Assembly (NCBI GenBank): GCA_963791045.1
Contig: CAWBQK010000002.1
Span: 74,235 to 138,234 of the forward strand
From: Candidatus Latescibacterota bacterium
GTDB lineage: Bacteria > Krumholzibacteriota > Krumholzibacteriia > WVZY01
Direction of reading: 5' to 3'
Length of the DNA: 64,000 nucleotides
Part shown: positions 10,228-19,959 of the stretch, piece after piece
Position numbering within the stretch: the first letter of the stretch is position 1
How the letters are laid out: each line of letters opens with the position of its first letter
Translations under genes and position numbers: made by a program
The notes under the pieces: model-generated
Told to the model about the DNA's origin: nothing
The model's database searches: none
Seen by the model: only the letters and a program-made list of their open reading frames with translations

Positions 10228-11946
10228 ATGCGCGTTATAAACGGCGTATTAGCGGTGATTTTGATGTCCATGGTGACGCTCGTATCCTGCAGCAAAGAAC
10301 AGGGAGAGCTCCCCGTGGCAAAGGTCGCCGACCGGGTGATCACACTTAGCGTTTATGAAAAGACATACTTCGCCGTCGACGACAAATTTCTTCCCGAGGA
10401 TAAAGGGATTGAGGGAAGGAAAGAGTTCCTCGACACGATGATCAACAGGGACGTCATGGCGATCAAGGCCGACGAACTCGGATACGACAAAGACCCGTAT
10501 GTCGTCCAGGGAATGGAAGCGTTCAAAAAGGTGAGCCTCCAGTCGGCCTATATGAAGATCATGGTGGCCGACAAGATCAATGTGACGGAAAAAGATCTCA
10601 AGGCCGGATACGAACTTTACAAAACAAACCTCCAAATCAAGCAGATCCTTGTCGATACTAAAGACGAAGCCGACGAACTCCATGCGATGCTCGATGAAGG
10701 CCAGGACTTCGAGAGTGTGTGCAAACAGTACTCCAAAGGTCCCGAGGCCCAGTCGGGCGGCAAAGTTGTCAACGCGCTGTGGGGAACGTTCGAACCGACA
10801 TTCCAGGACGAACTCTTTAGTACGCCCGTTGGCGGCTACACCAAACCGCTCGACAGCCCGTATGGATATTTCATCATCAAGGTCCTGGCGAAGAACCAGC
10901 CGAAGAGAAAATCGTACGAAGAGACCAAGCCCGATCTCGAAATACTGATCCGTCGGCAGCAGGAGATTCGCCTGACCAACGAGATGTCGAACAAGGTCAG
11001 GGCAAAGCACAATTATGAGTACTTCGAGTCCAACATTCGTATCGTTTTCGACGCGTTGCCGATCGACCGTCCTCTGACAAGCCCGCCGGATCGGTCCCAG
11101 GAGGTTTATCCGCTTCTCAACTTCGAATCGAGAGACCTGGACAAACCGCTGGTTTCGTATGACAACAAGACGATCACCGTCCGTGATTTTTCGGATTTTT
11201 ATGACCGCTCGTCGTTCTTCAACAGACCGCGCCGCGAGTACAGGTTCGGCGGGGTCAAGAAGTTCGTCGTCGATATCGTGATGAACGAAATCGTTCCGAT
11301 CGAGATGAAAGAATCCCGGGTAGAAGAAGAACCGATGATCGCGCTGGCCCTCCAGAAGAAAAAAGAACAGTTCATGGTCGACAAGCTCTTCCAGGATCTC
11401 ATCGACAAGCAGACATCGGTTCCACCGGGAGAGCTCCGCGAATACTACGACGATAACCTCGAGCAGTTCCGGCGCGACGAAGAGCGCCGCCTGGGAATCG
11501 TGCTCGTTGGGAGCCGCGAATTGGCCCAGGAGGCGCACGGCAAGATCGTGGGCGGAGAAAACTTCGGTCGGATTTCCGGCGAGTACTCGGTTGACGAACT
11601 CACCCGTGAAGATCGTTCGGGAGCTCAATTCGTCCGAAAAGGCCAGAACCCAGACTTTGATGAACCGGGATTCGCCCTCGAGAACGTCGGCGATGTTTCC
11701 GAGCCGTTCGAAACATCACGCGGGTGGATGATCGTCAAACTCATTGAGCGCAGACCCGAGCGGATTCTCCCGTTTGACGAAGCTCGGTCCGATATCAGCC
11801 GTGTGCTCAAGACCATCAAGAACGAGGAGCGGTTGAACTCGCTGCTCGAGAAGTGGCGGTCGGAGATCGACATCGAGATCTTCGAAGACAATTTGAAGAA
11901 AGCGAACCTGGAAGAAGAGCCCAGGAGAGCGGTCAAGTTCGTTTAA
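10228..11946 (+). CDS. Parvulin (PpiC-type) peptidyl-prolyl isomerase lipoprotein, two PPIase domains
   Basis: Lipobox LVSC; FESVCKQYS...PLDSPYGYFIIK and VSEPFETSRGWMIVK. Confidence 0.8.
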   Translation: MRVINGVLAVILMSMVTLVSCSKEQGELPVAKVADRVITLSVYEKTYFAVDDKFLPEDKGIEGRKEFLDTMINRDVMAIKADELGYDKDPYVVQGMEAFKKVSLQSAYMKIMVADKINVTEKDLKAGYELYKTNLQIKQILVDTKDEADELHAMLDEGQDFESVCKQYSKGPEAQSGGKVVNALWGTFEPTFQDELFSTPVGGYTKPLDSPYGYFIIKVLAKNQPKRKSYEETKPDLEILIRRQQEIRLTNEMSNKVRAKHNYEYFESNIRIVFDALPIDRPLTSPPDRSQEVYPLLNFESRDLDKPLVSYDNKTITVRDFSDFYDRSSFFNRPRREYRFGGVKKFVVDIVMNEIVPIEMKESRVEEEPMIALALQKKKEQFMVDKLFQDLIDKQTSVPPGELREYYDDNLEQFRRDEERRLGIVLVGSRELAQEAHGKIVGGENFGRISGEYSVDELTREDRSGAQFVRKGQNPDFDEPGFALENVGDVSEPFETSRGWMIVKLIERRPERILPFDEARSDISRVLKTIKNEERLNSLLEKWRSEIDIEIFEDNLKKANLEEEPRRAVKFV

Positions 11947-11980
11947 CCGGGTGGTTGAGTTGCGGTACAGAATAACAGGA

Positions 11981-12892
11981 ATGGCGACAGGGGGCTTCGT
12001 GCTCCCTATCGTCGTTTTGGCGACGGGCTTTTTGTTGGGGGGCACCGTTGGGTGTGAGCGGCGGCCGCTTAGGACTGAACGGGATGATTCTCCGGTTCTG
12101 GTCACGGTCAACGGCAAAGAGCTCACCAAGCACGATTTTGATATTTTTCTTCCCGAGGACTATCAGAGCATCCTCACGCCGCAAGAACGGCGCGATTATC
12201 TCGACCGGTGGATTACAACGCAGCTTCTTTACGAAGAAGCTGTTTCGTCGGGGATGGGAGTGTCCGCCGAAATCGAGGCCAGGCTCGAACAGTACAGAAT
12301 GGATCTTGCCGCCGATCAGCTGCTCCAGAAAGTGATAGAAGAAAAAGCGGTTGTGACCGACGATGATGTTCTCGCGTACTACAATTCGCACAAAAACGAA
12401 TATCTCCTGGAGTACCGGGTCAGCCATATCCTGGTCAACACTCCGGAGGACGCTGAAAAGGTCAAATCGCTTTTGAGTTCGAAGAGTTTTACGTATCTTG
12501 TGCAAAGATACTCTGTTGATAAACACGCGCGGGCGGGCGGCGATCTGGGGTATCTTTCGAAAGGGAACATGGTTCCCGAATTCGAAGAAATCGTATTTGG
12601 TATGAAAGTCGGGGAAATATCCGACGCCATCGAGTCCGATTTCGGGTATCACATAATAAAGATCATGGATATTCGTGATGCCCGGGTCAAACTCGAGTTC
12701 CTGGATGTCGCCGAGGATCTTGCCAATATTCTGACGATGCGCAAGAGACAAGCCGTTTACGACAGCCTGGTGACGGCACTTCGGGCCCGCGCCGATATCG
12801 ATTACAGCGCGGATGCGCCCCAGGTCGGCGATATTGATGACATCATGCCGGAGAGCGAAACCGATACGGTGTCCGCGACACAGACCCCTTAA
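11981..12892 (+). CDS. PrsA-like parvulin PPIase (probable lipoprotein)
   Basis: TVGC lipobox; SHILV, GGDLG, MVPEFE, FGYHIIK; start codon uncertain. Confidence 0.85.
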   Translation: MATGGFVLPIVVLATGFLLGGTVGCERRPLRTERDDSPVLVTVNGKELTKHDFDIFLPEDYQSILTPQERRDYLDRWITTQLLYEEAVSSGMGVSAEIEARLEQYRMDLAADQLLQKVIEEKAVVTDDDVLAYYNSHKNEYLLEYRVSHILVNTPEDAEKVKSLLSSKSFTYLVQRYSVDKHARAGGDLGYLSKGNMVPEFEEIVFGMKVGEISDAIESDFGYHIIKIMDIRDARVKLEFLDVAEDLANILTMRKRQAVYDSLVTALRARADIDYSADAPQVGDIDDIMPESETDTVSATQTP

Positions 12893-12917
12893 CGCGGCCG
12901 GCAGAAGGAGACGATAC

Positions 12918-14251
12918 ATGCGCGCCCTCGCGCCACGAAATGCAAAGCCCCTCGCGATTTTCATTGTCGCGGTGTGCGTGATTGCCGGTGCGTTCTCAAG
13001 CCCCGTTCAGGCCCAGAACGATCTCGTCGACGGTGTGGTTGCCGTTGTCGAAGATGAAGTAATTCTCCAAAGCGATGTCGACCGTGCGGTGGCCCAGTAT
13101 CTCCTCCAATCCGGGGCAACGAATCCCACCGAAGAACAACGGGAAGAACTTGAAAAAGAAGCTCTCAAGGAGCTGATCAGCAACAAGCTCGTCGTCGTCA
13201 AGGCCGCCGAACTCGGGATCACCGTATCGTTCTCCGAGGTCGAAAGCGCGGTCGACCGCACGCTCGAAGAAAACCGGAAGGCGATGGGGGGGAAGAGGCG
13301 TTCAGACGGCAGCTCGAAGCGGAGAACCTCACGATCGATTCCCTGAAAAAACTCTACCGCGAGCAGATTCAAAACCGGATGCTCGTCGAGCGGGTACTCG
13401 CCGGGCAGATCGACCGGTCAGCGATTGAGATTACCGATGAAGAACTCCTGGCGGCGTATGAGGAAAAGAAGGCGCTGTTGCCGCCGCGGCCCGCCGTGGT
13501 TCATCTCGCGACCATTTTTATCGGGCTCGACTCATCGACGAGCGCGCGCATCGCGGCAAGGGATGTTATCGATGGTCTTAACCGCCGCATCCTGGCCGGT
13601 GAGGACTTCGCCGAACTCGCGAAGGAATACTCGGAAGACCCGAGCGCGGAGACCGGGGGCAGCCTGGGCAAACTCAAACTTTCCGATCTCAGCAACAGGG
13701 CGTTTGCCGATGCGGCGGCCGAATTGGGCGTCGGCGAGGTGAGCGAGCCGGTGCTCACACCTTACGGTTTTCACCTCATTAAGGTCACGGGCAAGGACGC
13801 AATCACGGAAGAGGTCGAGTTGAGCCACATCCTGATCCGGATCAAGGCCGGAGACGAGGATGTCGACGATGTTTTCAAGGCGGCCAACGACGTTCACGCT
13901 GAGCTTGTCGCGGGCGCGCCGTTCGATTCGACGGCGATCAAGTACAGCACTGACACCAATACAGCATCGCAGGGCGGCGACCTCGGGTGGCTGAAGGCCG
14001 AGGACCTGCCCGAATTTTTTCAGGATGTTCTTCGCGGGATGACCGATGGTGAAATCAGCCCGGTACTCCGCGAGCCATCGGGTTTTCGGATCGTCAAGCT
14101 GATCGAACGAGAAGCATCGAGACCGTACGAATTCGAAGAGGTTCGCGACGAACTTCGCCAGCTTCTCGAACAGGAAAAGATGACGTCGATGTATGACGTT
14201 TATCTCGAAGAACTCAAAACCGAGTTTTATGTCGAGGTGCGCGACAACTAA
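12918..14251 (+). CDS. surA: SurA-like chaperone/PPIase, frameshift at the G run near 13290
   Basis: Signal peptide, VDGVVAVVEDEVILQSD SurA N-terminus, two parvulin domains in ORF 13379-14251; upstream of pdxA. Confidence 0.8.
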
Positions 14252-14254
14252 GAC

Positions 14255-14533
14255 ATGAGAATCGATCTGGCGTTGAAGCACCTGTGCCTGGTCAAGAGCC
14301 GTTCGAGCGTCAAACACTTTTGTGATGACGGCGCGGTTCAGGTCAATGACCTGTCGGCAAAACCCTCGGCCACCGTACGCACCGGTGACAAGATAACAAT
14401 CCGTTTTCCCCACCGCACAGTCACGTTCGAGCTTCTCGATGTTCCCGAGAAACAGTTGAGCAAGTCCGTTGCCCCCACGTATTATCAGATAATCTCGGAT
14501 GAAGATACGAGGTACGACGATGACGACTTCTAA
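14255..14533 (+). CDS. S4 RNA-binding domain protein (Hsp15/RqcP-like)
   Basis: MRIDLAL...LVKSRS...GAVQVND...AKPS...GDKI. Confidence 0.85.
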   Translation: MRIDLALKHLCLVKSRSSVKHFCDDGAVQVNDLSAKPSATVRTGDKITIRFPHRTVTFELLDVPEKQLSKSVAPTYYQIISDEDTRYDDDDF

Positions 14534-15653
14534 CAAAAAAACGACCAGCCCGGAACCCGCCAACGCGTCGAGGCGCGTGGGGAGACCTGTGCTTGCCGTC
14601 ACAACGGGAGAACCCGGCGGAATCGGCCCCGAAATCACCGCGCGTTTTTTTGCCGGTTTTCGTCCGGGGCGATCCACGGCCCTCGTGATCGGATCGATGA
14701 AGGTCCTGGGTCCTGTTTTCACCCGCTATGGTACCGAAGTATCGGTCATCAATCCCGGCGCCCGTGGGGCGCCCGGTGGGCGCGCCGCGGCCCGGCCCAG
14801 CATAGATGATTTGGCAGCTGTGACTTCGGACGTTTTGGCCGAGCGGGGTTCCCGGCGATTCCCCGATGTGTTAGTTCTCGACACGGCCTGCAGCGATCGC
14901 TTTTCCACGGGGCGAGATTCGCGCGGCGGCGGGCGCCACAGCGGAGTTGCGCTCGAAACGGCTTGCCGGCTGGCCTCCGATGGGGTCGCCGAAGGGATCG
15001 TCACGGCGCCATTATCCAAAAACTCTTTAAATATGGCAGGTTACAAGTTCACGGGGCACACGGAAATGCTCGCAAAGTATTTTCGCGCGCCCGACTGCCA
15101 AATGGTCATGACGTACCGACATTTTCGTGTCGTCCCGCTTACCCGGCATGTTCCGTTGAAATCAGTGAGCCGCCAGGTCACGAAAGAGAAGATCGTCACG
15201 GCGATCCGTGTCTTGGAAGCCGCTCTGAGAGAACAGTTTGGGGTGGCTCGGCCGACTATCGCCGTCGCCGGGCTCAACCCGCACGCGGGGGACGGCGGGG
15301 TGATCGGCCGCGAGGAAATCGAGGTGATCAAACCGGCCCTCGAACGGGCGCGCCGGATGGGGTTCAGGGTCGAGGGTCCCGTCGCCGGGGATGCGCTTTT
15401 TCAGCATGCGGCGAGTGGCACGTTTGATGCCTTTATCTCGATGTACCACGACCAGGGCTTGATTCCTTTCAAAATGATTTCGAAAAGACGGGGTGTAAAC
15501 GTTACAGTCGGGTTGCCCGTCATCCGGACCTCTGTCGACCACGGTGTCGCATATGACCTTGTGGATCAAGGGGTTGCAAGCATTGACAGCCTCGCGGAGG
15601 CATACCGGTTGGCCGAGAAACTCGCCTCGAGCCGCAGGAAAGCGCCATTATGA
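14520..15653 (+). CDS. pdxA: 4-hydroxythreonine-4-phosphate dehydrogenase
   Basis: GEPGGIGPE, GHTE, GLNPHAG, MYHDQGL, RTSVDHG. Confidence 0.93.
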   Translation: MTTSNKKTTSPEPANASRRVGRPVLAVTTGEPGGIGPEITARFFAGFRPGRSTALVIGSMKVLGPVFTRYGTEVSVINPGARGAPGGRAAARPSIDDLAAVTSDVLAERGSRRFPDVLVLDTACSDRFSTGRDSRGGGRHSGVALETACRLASDGVAEGIVTAPLSKNSLNMAGYKFTGHTEMLAKYFRAPDCQMVMTYRHFRVVPLTRHVPLKSVSRQVTKEKIVTAIRVLEAALREQFGVARPTIAVAGLNPHAGDGGVIGREEIEVIKPALERARRMGFRVEGPVAGDALFQHAASGTFDAFISMYHDQGLIPFKMISKRRGVNVTVGLPVIRTSVDHGVAYDLVDQGVASIDSLAEAYRLAEKLASSRRKAPL

Positions 15654-16423
15654 CGGATCCGTTGGAACCCAGAAAAGTTATAGGTATCTACCACCTCCAT
15701 AAGCTCTACGAAGACCAGCCCATCTTGAGGGACGTGAACCTCCAGGTCGGCAACGGAGAATTTGTGTTTCTCGTCGGACCCAGCGGAGCGGGCAAGAGCA
15801 CCCTGCTGCGGATGATCTACATGGACGAGGCGCCGAGCGAGGGACAGGTGGTGGTCGGGTCATACGTTTCTACAAACATGAAACGCTCGCAGATTCCGTT
15901 TTTGAGACGTAAGGTGGGGATCATATTCCAGGATTTCAAGCTCCTCGAAGACCGGGATGTTTTCGAAAACGTCGCGATCGCAATGCGAGTTATCGGTGTG
16001 AAGAATGCCGAAATCAAAAAACGCGTTATCCAGGTTCTCACCCAGGTCGGTCTCTATCACAAACGCTATGACCGCCCCGTCAGACTCTCCGGCGGCGAAC
16101 AACAGCGTGTTGCCATCGCCCGGGCGATCATAAACAGTCCCGAGATTCTTCTTGCCGACGAGCCTACCGGCAATCTCGACCCCGAAGTCACAACGGAAAT
16201 CCTCCAGCTGCTTCTTCGGATCAACAGCTCGGGGACCGCGGTGCTTATGGCGACGCACAACCACGAACTTGTCAGAAGCTTCGGCCAGCGAATTGTGTTT
16301 CTGCGCGACGGCACCATCGAAGAGGATATCCGGTTGGGACTCGCCGCGTTTACCAGGGACCGAGTTGGGATTTCACAACCGGCGGGACGGAGCCGCGATT
16401 GGGAGCGGGGTGACAAGCCGTGA
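15650..16423 (+). CDS. ftsE: Cell-division ABC ATPase
   Basis: GPSGAGKST, FQDFKLL, LSGGEQQRVAIARA, ADEPTGNLDP; overlaps ftsX. Confidence 0.92.
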   Translation: MTDPLEPRKVIGIYHLHKLYEDQPILRDVNLQVGNGEFVFLVGPSGAGKSTLLRMIYMDEAPSEGQVVVGSYVSTNMKRSQIPFLRRKVGIIFQDFKLLEDRDVFENVAIAMRVIGVKNAEIKKRVIQVLTQVGLYHKRYDRPVRLSGGEQQRVAIARAIINSPEILLADEPTGNLDPEVTTEILQLLLRINSSGTAVLMATHNHELVRSFGQRIVFLRDGTIEEDIRLGLAAFTRDRVGISQPAGRSRDWERGDKP

Positions 16424-17289
16424 GACCGCACCAGTTCTTGTATCTCGTTTCGGAATCGTTCAGCACGCTCGGCCGTCACAAAGCGGTCACGTTTCTCTCC
16501 GTTATGATAATGAGCCTGACGCTTCTTATTCTCGCCGTGTTCCTGCTCGCCACCGACAATGTGCTCACGTTTCTCGACCGCGCCAAAAGCGACATGACGG
16601 TGTATGTGTATCTCAAGGACGACGTGCCCGATTGGATTTTGCAGCAGCAGTACGCGCAGGTTCTCAAGATGAACGAGGTCGAGACCGTTGAGCTGATTTC
16701 AAAAGAACAGGCGATGGCCGAGTTCCGTGAAGAACTCGGGGAGGAACGCTCGATCCTCGAGGCGCTCGAGGCCAACCCGCTGCCCGCGTCGTTTCGGGTC
16801 ACACTCAAGAAAGAGTTTCGGGAGAAGGAGTCGATCGAACGGTTTGTTGAGGCGATCGGTTCGATGACAATCGTCGAGGAGATTGGTTACGGGAAAGAGT
16901 TCATCGACCAGTTTGCCACGCTGACGCGGGCGTTTTTGTACGTGGATCTTGTTCTCGGGCTTATCGTCATCCTCTCTTCGGTGTTTATTATCTCGAATAC
17001 GGTGCGGCTCACAATATTGAGTCGGCGCAAGACGGTCGAGGTTCTTAAGCTCGTTGGCGCGACAAACCGGTTTATCACGATGCCGTTCGTGATCGAGGGC
17101 GCGTTCCAGTCGGGGCTGGCCTCGCTTGTGTCGCTCGCCCTGCTTTTTGGGATTTTCCTGGTCACCCGTGGAATGATTCCCGACATCGCCTTTCTCAAGC
17201 CCGACAAGATCGCTCTCTATGTTTTGACGTGTGTTCTTCTCGGGTCGATCGGCAGCCTGGCGTCGCTTCGGCGTCACCTCAAACTTTAA
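16420..17289 (+). CDS. ftsX: Cell-division permease
   Basis: NPLPAS, ISNTVRLTI, LVGAT..FI..PF..EG; four TMs. Confidence 0.92.
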   Translation: MRPHQFLYLVSESFSTLGRHKAVTFLSVMIMSLTLLILAVFLLATDNVLTFLDRAKSDMTVYVYLKDDVPDWILQQQYAQVLKMNEVETVELISKEQAMAEFREELGEERSILEALEANPLPASFRVTLKKEFREKESIERFVEAIGSMTIVEEIGYGKEFIDQFATLTRAFLYVDLVLGLIVILSSVFIISNTVRLTILSRRKTVEVLKLVGATNRFITMPFVIEGAFQSGLASLVSLALLFGIFLVTRGMIPDIAFLKPDKIALYVLTCVLLGSIGSLASLRRHLKL

Positions 17290-17329
17290 CCACCCCGCCG
17301 TGGGGGACGGATTTGTTGTGGCAAAAGGG

Positions 17330-18589
17330 ATGGAATACAAACGGTGGTGGGGATTTTCGTCGACCCGGTCGACGTTGTCGGCTTCGTCGCCGTCGATGTT
17401 GCCGTCGACTCGGTCGATGTCGATTGGGTTGAGCGTCTCGCTCGCCGTTTTTTTCTTTGTTATGCTTTGCGCCTCGCCGGCGCGCCCGCAGTCCGGGTCG
17501 CTCGACGATCGTATCCATTCCCAGAAGGGCAAGCTCCAGGACATCGAAGTCCAGATCAAAAAGCACCGCGCCGACACCCAGCAGCTCAAGAAAAAAGAGA
17601 CGGACGTTCTCAAACAGCTTTCGTATCTCGATAAGGAAATCGCCCTGGCGACGCGGTATCTTGCCGAGCTCGGCAAGAAGGAACGGCTTCTCAACCAGCA
17701 GATCGACAGTTTGCGGGCGAATATTTCGGTCGAGGGCAATGTCCTTGTTCGTCAAAAGGCGATTCTCGCCGAACGTGTCCGCCAGATGTACATGCGTGGG
17801 CCCGAGCATCAATGGGTGTTCGTACTCGGCGGAGAGGACATGTCTGACAAACTTCGCCGCTACAAATTCATGCGGATGGTGGCCGAGCGGGATGCCCAGC
17901 TGATCCACGCAGTCGATGAACGAAAGCAGGGGCTCGAACTCGAACAAGCCGGGGTGACCGAGGCGCTCGCAGATATTGCGGCGACCAGGTCGGTCCAGGA
18001 GGCGGAAGCGGCGAAGCTTCAGAAAAACAAGCGCACGCGTGTGTCGATGCTCAACCAGATCGGCGCCGATCAAACCAAGAACCAGCAGGCGATCAACAAA
18101 CTAGAAAAGTCGCAAGAGCAGCTCAAAAACTTGATCGGTCAGCTCGAGCGAAGCCGCGAGGATCCCACGGGGCTTCCGCCCGGCGGGTTTGTAAAGCTTA
18201 AAGGGCGACTCGGCAAACCGGTTTCGGGCAAGATTATCGGATCGTTCGGTAAATCCCGCCATCCTACCTACGGCACGGTAACCTTCAACAACGGTGTCGA
18301 CATCCAGGCGGCGGACGGTTCTCCGATCCGGGCGGTGGCGGCAGGCCGGGTAGAATTTGTCGACTGGATAGACAGCTACGGGAATTGTATTATCATCAAT
18401 CACGGGGGCGGGTACTACACCCTCTACGCACACGCGTCCGACATTTTCGTGCGGCCCGACCAGAACGTGTTGGGCAACGATGTGATCGCCGAGGTCGGGG
18501 ACACGGGATCCCTCCACGGTTACGCGTGTCACTTCGAAATTCGACAATCCAAACAGGCGCTGAACCCGATGGAGTGGTTCGCCAAATAG
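17330..18589 (+). CDS. envC: Murein hydrolase activator (coiled coil plus degenerate M23)
   Basis: Long coiled coil; NNGVDI and CHFEIR (Zn ligands lost); follows ftsEX; start uncertain. Confidence 0.8.
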   Translation: MEYKRWWGFSSTRSTLSASSPSMLPSTRSMSIGLSVSLAVFFFVMLCASPARPQSGSLDDRIHSQKGKLQDIEVQIKKHRADTQQLKKKETDVLKQLSYLDKEIALATRYLAELGKKERLLNQQIDSLRANISVEGNVLVRQKAILAERVRQMYMRGPEHQWVFVLGGEDMSDKLRRYKFMRMVAERDAQLIHAVDERKQGLELEQAGVTEALADIAATRSVQEAEAAKLQKNKRTRVSMLNQIGADQTKNQQAINKLEKSQEQLKNLIGQLERSREDPTGLPPGGFVKLKGRLGKPVSGKIIGSFGKSRHPTYGTVTFNNGVDIQAADGSPIRAVAAGRVEFVDWIDSYGNCIIINHGGGYYTLYAHASDIFVRPDQNVLGNDVIAEVGDTGSLHGYACHFEIRQSKQALNPMEWFAK

Positions 18590-18609
18590 TATGCGAAGGG
18601 ATTCAGGAC

Positions 18610-19723
18610 GTGGGGAGTAAGAGCGGGCTGGAAGGAGCGGGGTTTCCCGTTTTAAATCTCGGGCACGAGTCGGTCGAGTCATTCCTCTCGTCGTGTCTTG
18701 AGACGCATGTTCCCGCGCTTCTTTTCACCGGGCACGAAGGGGCGGGGAAAGAACTGACCGCCATTAATTTTGCCCGGCGGTTGTGCTGTACCGAAGACGC
18801 GACGTGTCGCCTCGACGGCGCCCTGTGTCCGAGCTGTCAGCAGGCGCTTGCCCTCGAACACCCGGGGATTCATCTCATTTATCCCACCCCAACTCAGGGG
18901 GCGCGAGAGAAAGAAGGGGACGACGACCCCGATATCAGCAAGATCCTCGAAGAAAAACGCCAGGACCTGTTCAGCACCCACAAATTTTCGAAAAAGGTCT
19001 CGATACGGATTGCCCGCGCCCGCGCCGTCATCCGGCGGGCGAATTCAAAACCGTTCGGCAGTTCGCACAATGTTTTTGTGTTCGTCGATGCCCATCTGAT
19101 GCGCGAAGAAGCGCAAAACGCGCTTCTCAAGCTTGTCGAAGAACCTCCCGGGCATTGTGTTCTGATTTTCATCACGCCCAATCCCGATACAATCCTCAAT
19201 ACGATCCGGTCGCGCTGCCAGCAAGTCCGGTTCGCGCCGCTCGACGCCGGTGTGATCGAGAAAATTCTCGTCGGTCACTACTGATATGGAGACGGAAAAC
19301 GCCGCCGGAGTGGCCGCCCTCGCCCGCGGTGACATCAACAAGGCGAAGGAGATCGCCTCGGATTTTGATGACGAGGGTCGGCGTATCGTTTTTGGAATTC
19401 TCGAACGGCTGCGGAAGTCGCCCGGAGTCATGGGCGATGGAGAGCGCGCTCGTCGTTGCCCGGAGCACCAACCGGGACAGCGCCGCGCGGTTTCTGGACG
19501 AGCTGGCGCTCGGCATACCGCGACGTGATGACCGGCGACGAGTCGCTGTTTATCAACCGGGATCAGGCGGAGGCTTGAAGGCTCAAGTGAGGTTGGGATC
19601 AGCGAAGTTCTCCCCCGGATACTGGACAAGATCGTGGTGACCCGCGACGGGATCCTCCGCCGCAACCTCAATATCGATGCCGCGCTCGTTGATCTCTTCC
19701 TTGATATCAAGCACTTAGGGTGA
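18610..19723 (+). CDS. holB: DNA polymerase III delta-prime subunit, several frameshifts between 19280 and 19610
   Basis: ALLFTGHEGAGK, Zn cysteines, AQNALLKLVEEPP, TIRSRC; C-terminus ...NIDAALVDLFLDIKHLG reached across frame changes. Confidence 0.85.
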
Positions 19724-19776
19724 TAGAATCGTCGGACTTTCCGGGCTCGTTTACACTTAGTAATTTGCCGCTGCTA

Positions 19777-19944
19777 AGCGGGATCGACATAAGTTTCTCG
19801 CGCTTAGTTTCGCGGCGCCGAACTCGATAGCACATCGTTTCCAACTTGCCGCGCTCTAACGCAAGCAGGCGCACTCGAAACTTATGTCGGTCCCGCTCGG
19901 CCGACAACGACTACTCGGCGAAACGAAACTAATGTCAATTCCCG
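19777..19944. repeat. 21-bp inverted repeat plus a degenerate third arm upstream of metG
   Basis: AGCGGGATCGACATAAGTTTC (19777-97) / GAAACTTATGTCGGTCCCGCT (19877-97); CGAAACTAATGTCAATTCCCG (19924-44). Confidence 0.8.
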
Positions 19945-19959
19945 ATTGGGTAAGAAGAC

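Noticed and set aside
10249-11628. Long antisense ORFs (also 7496-8740, 13532-14722, 50358-51764, 55439-56509)
   Set aside because: Shadow ORFs opposite well-supported genes, expected from high-GC codon bias
19282-19284. TGA in holB as selenocysteine or recoded stop
   Set aside because: Read-through gives nonsense and another stop; homology resumes in a different frame
19724-19959. T-box or SAM riboswitch before metG
   Set aside because: No T-box antiterminator bulge (TGGNACC) or SAM-I core recognised; kept only as an unexplained inverted repeat
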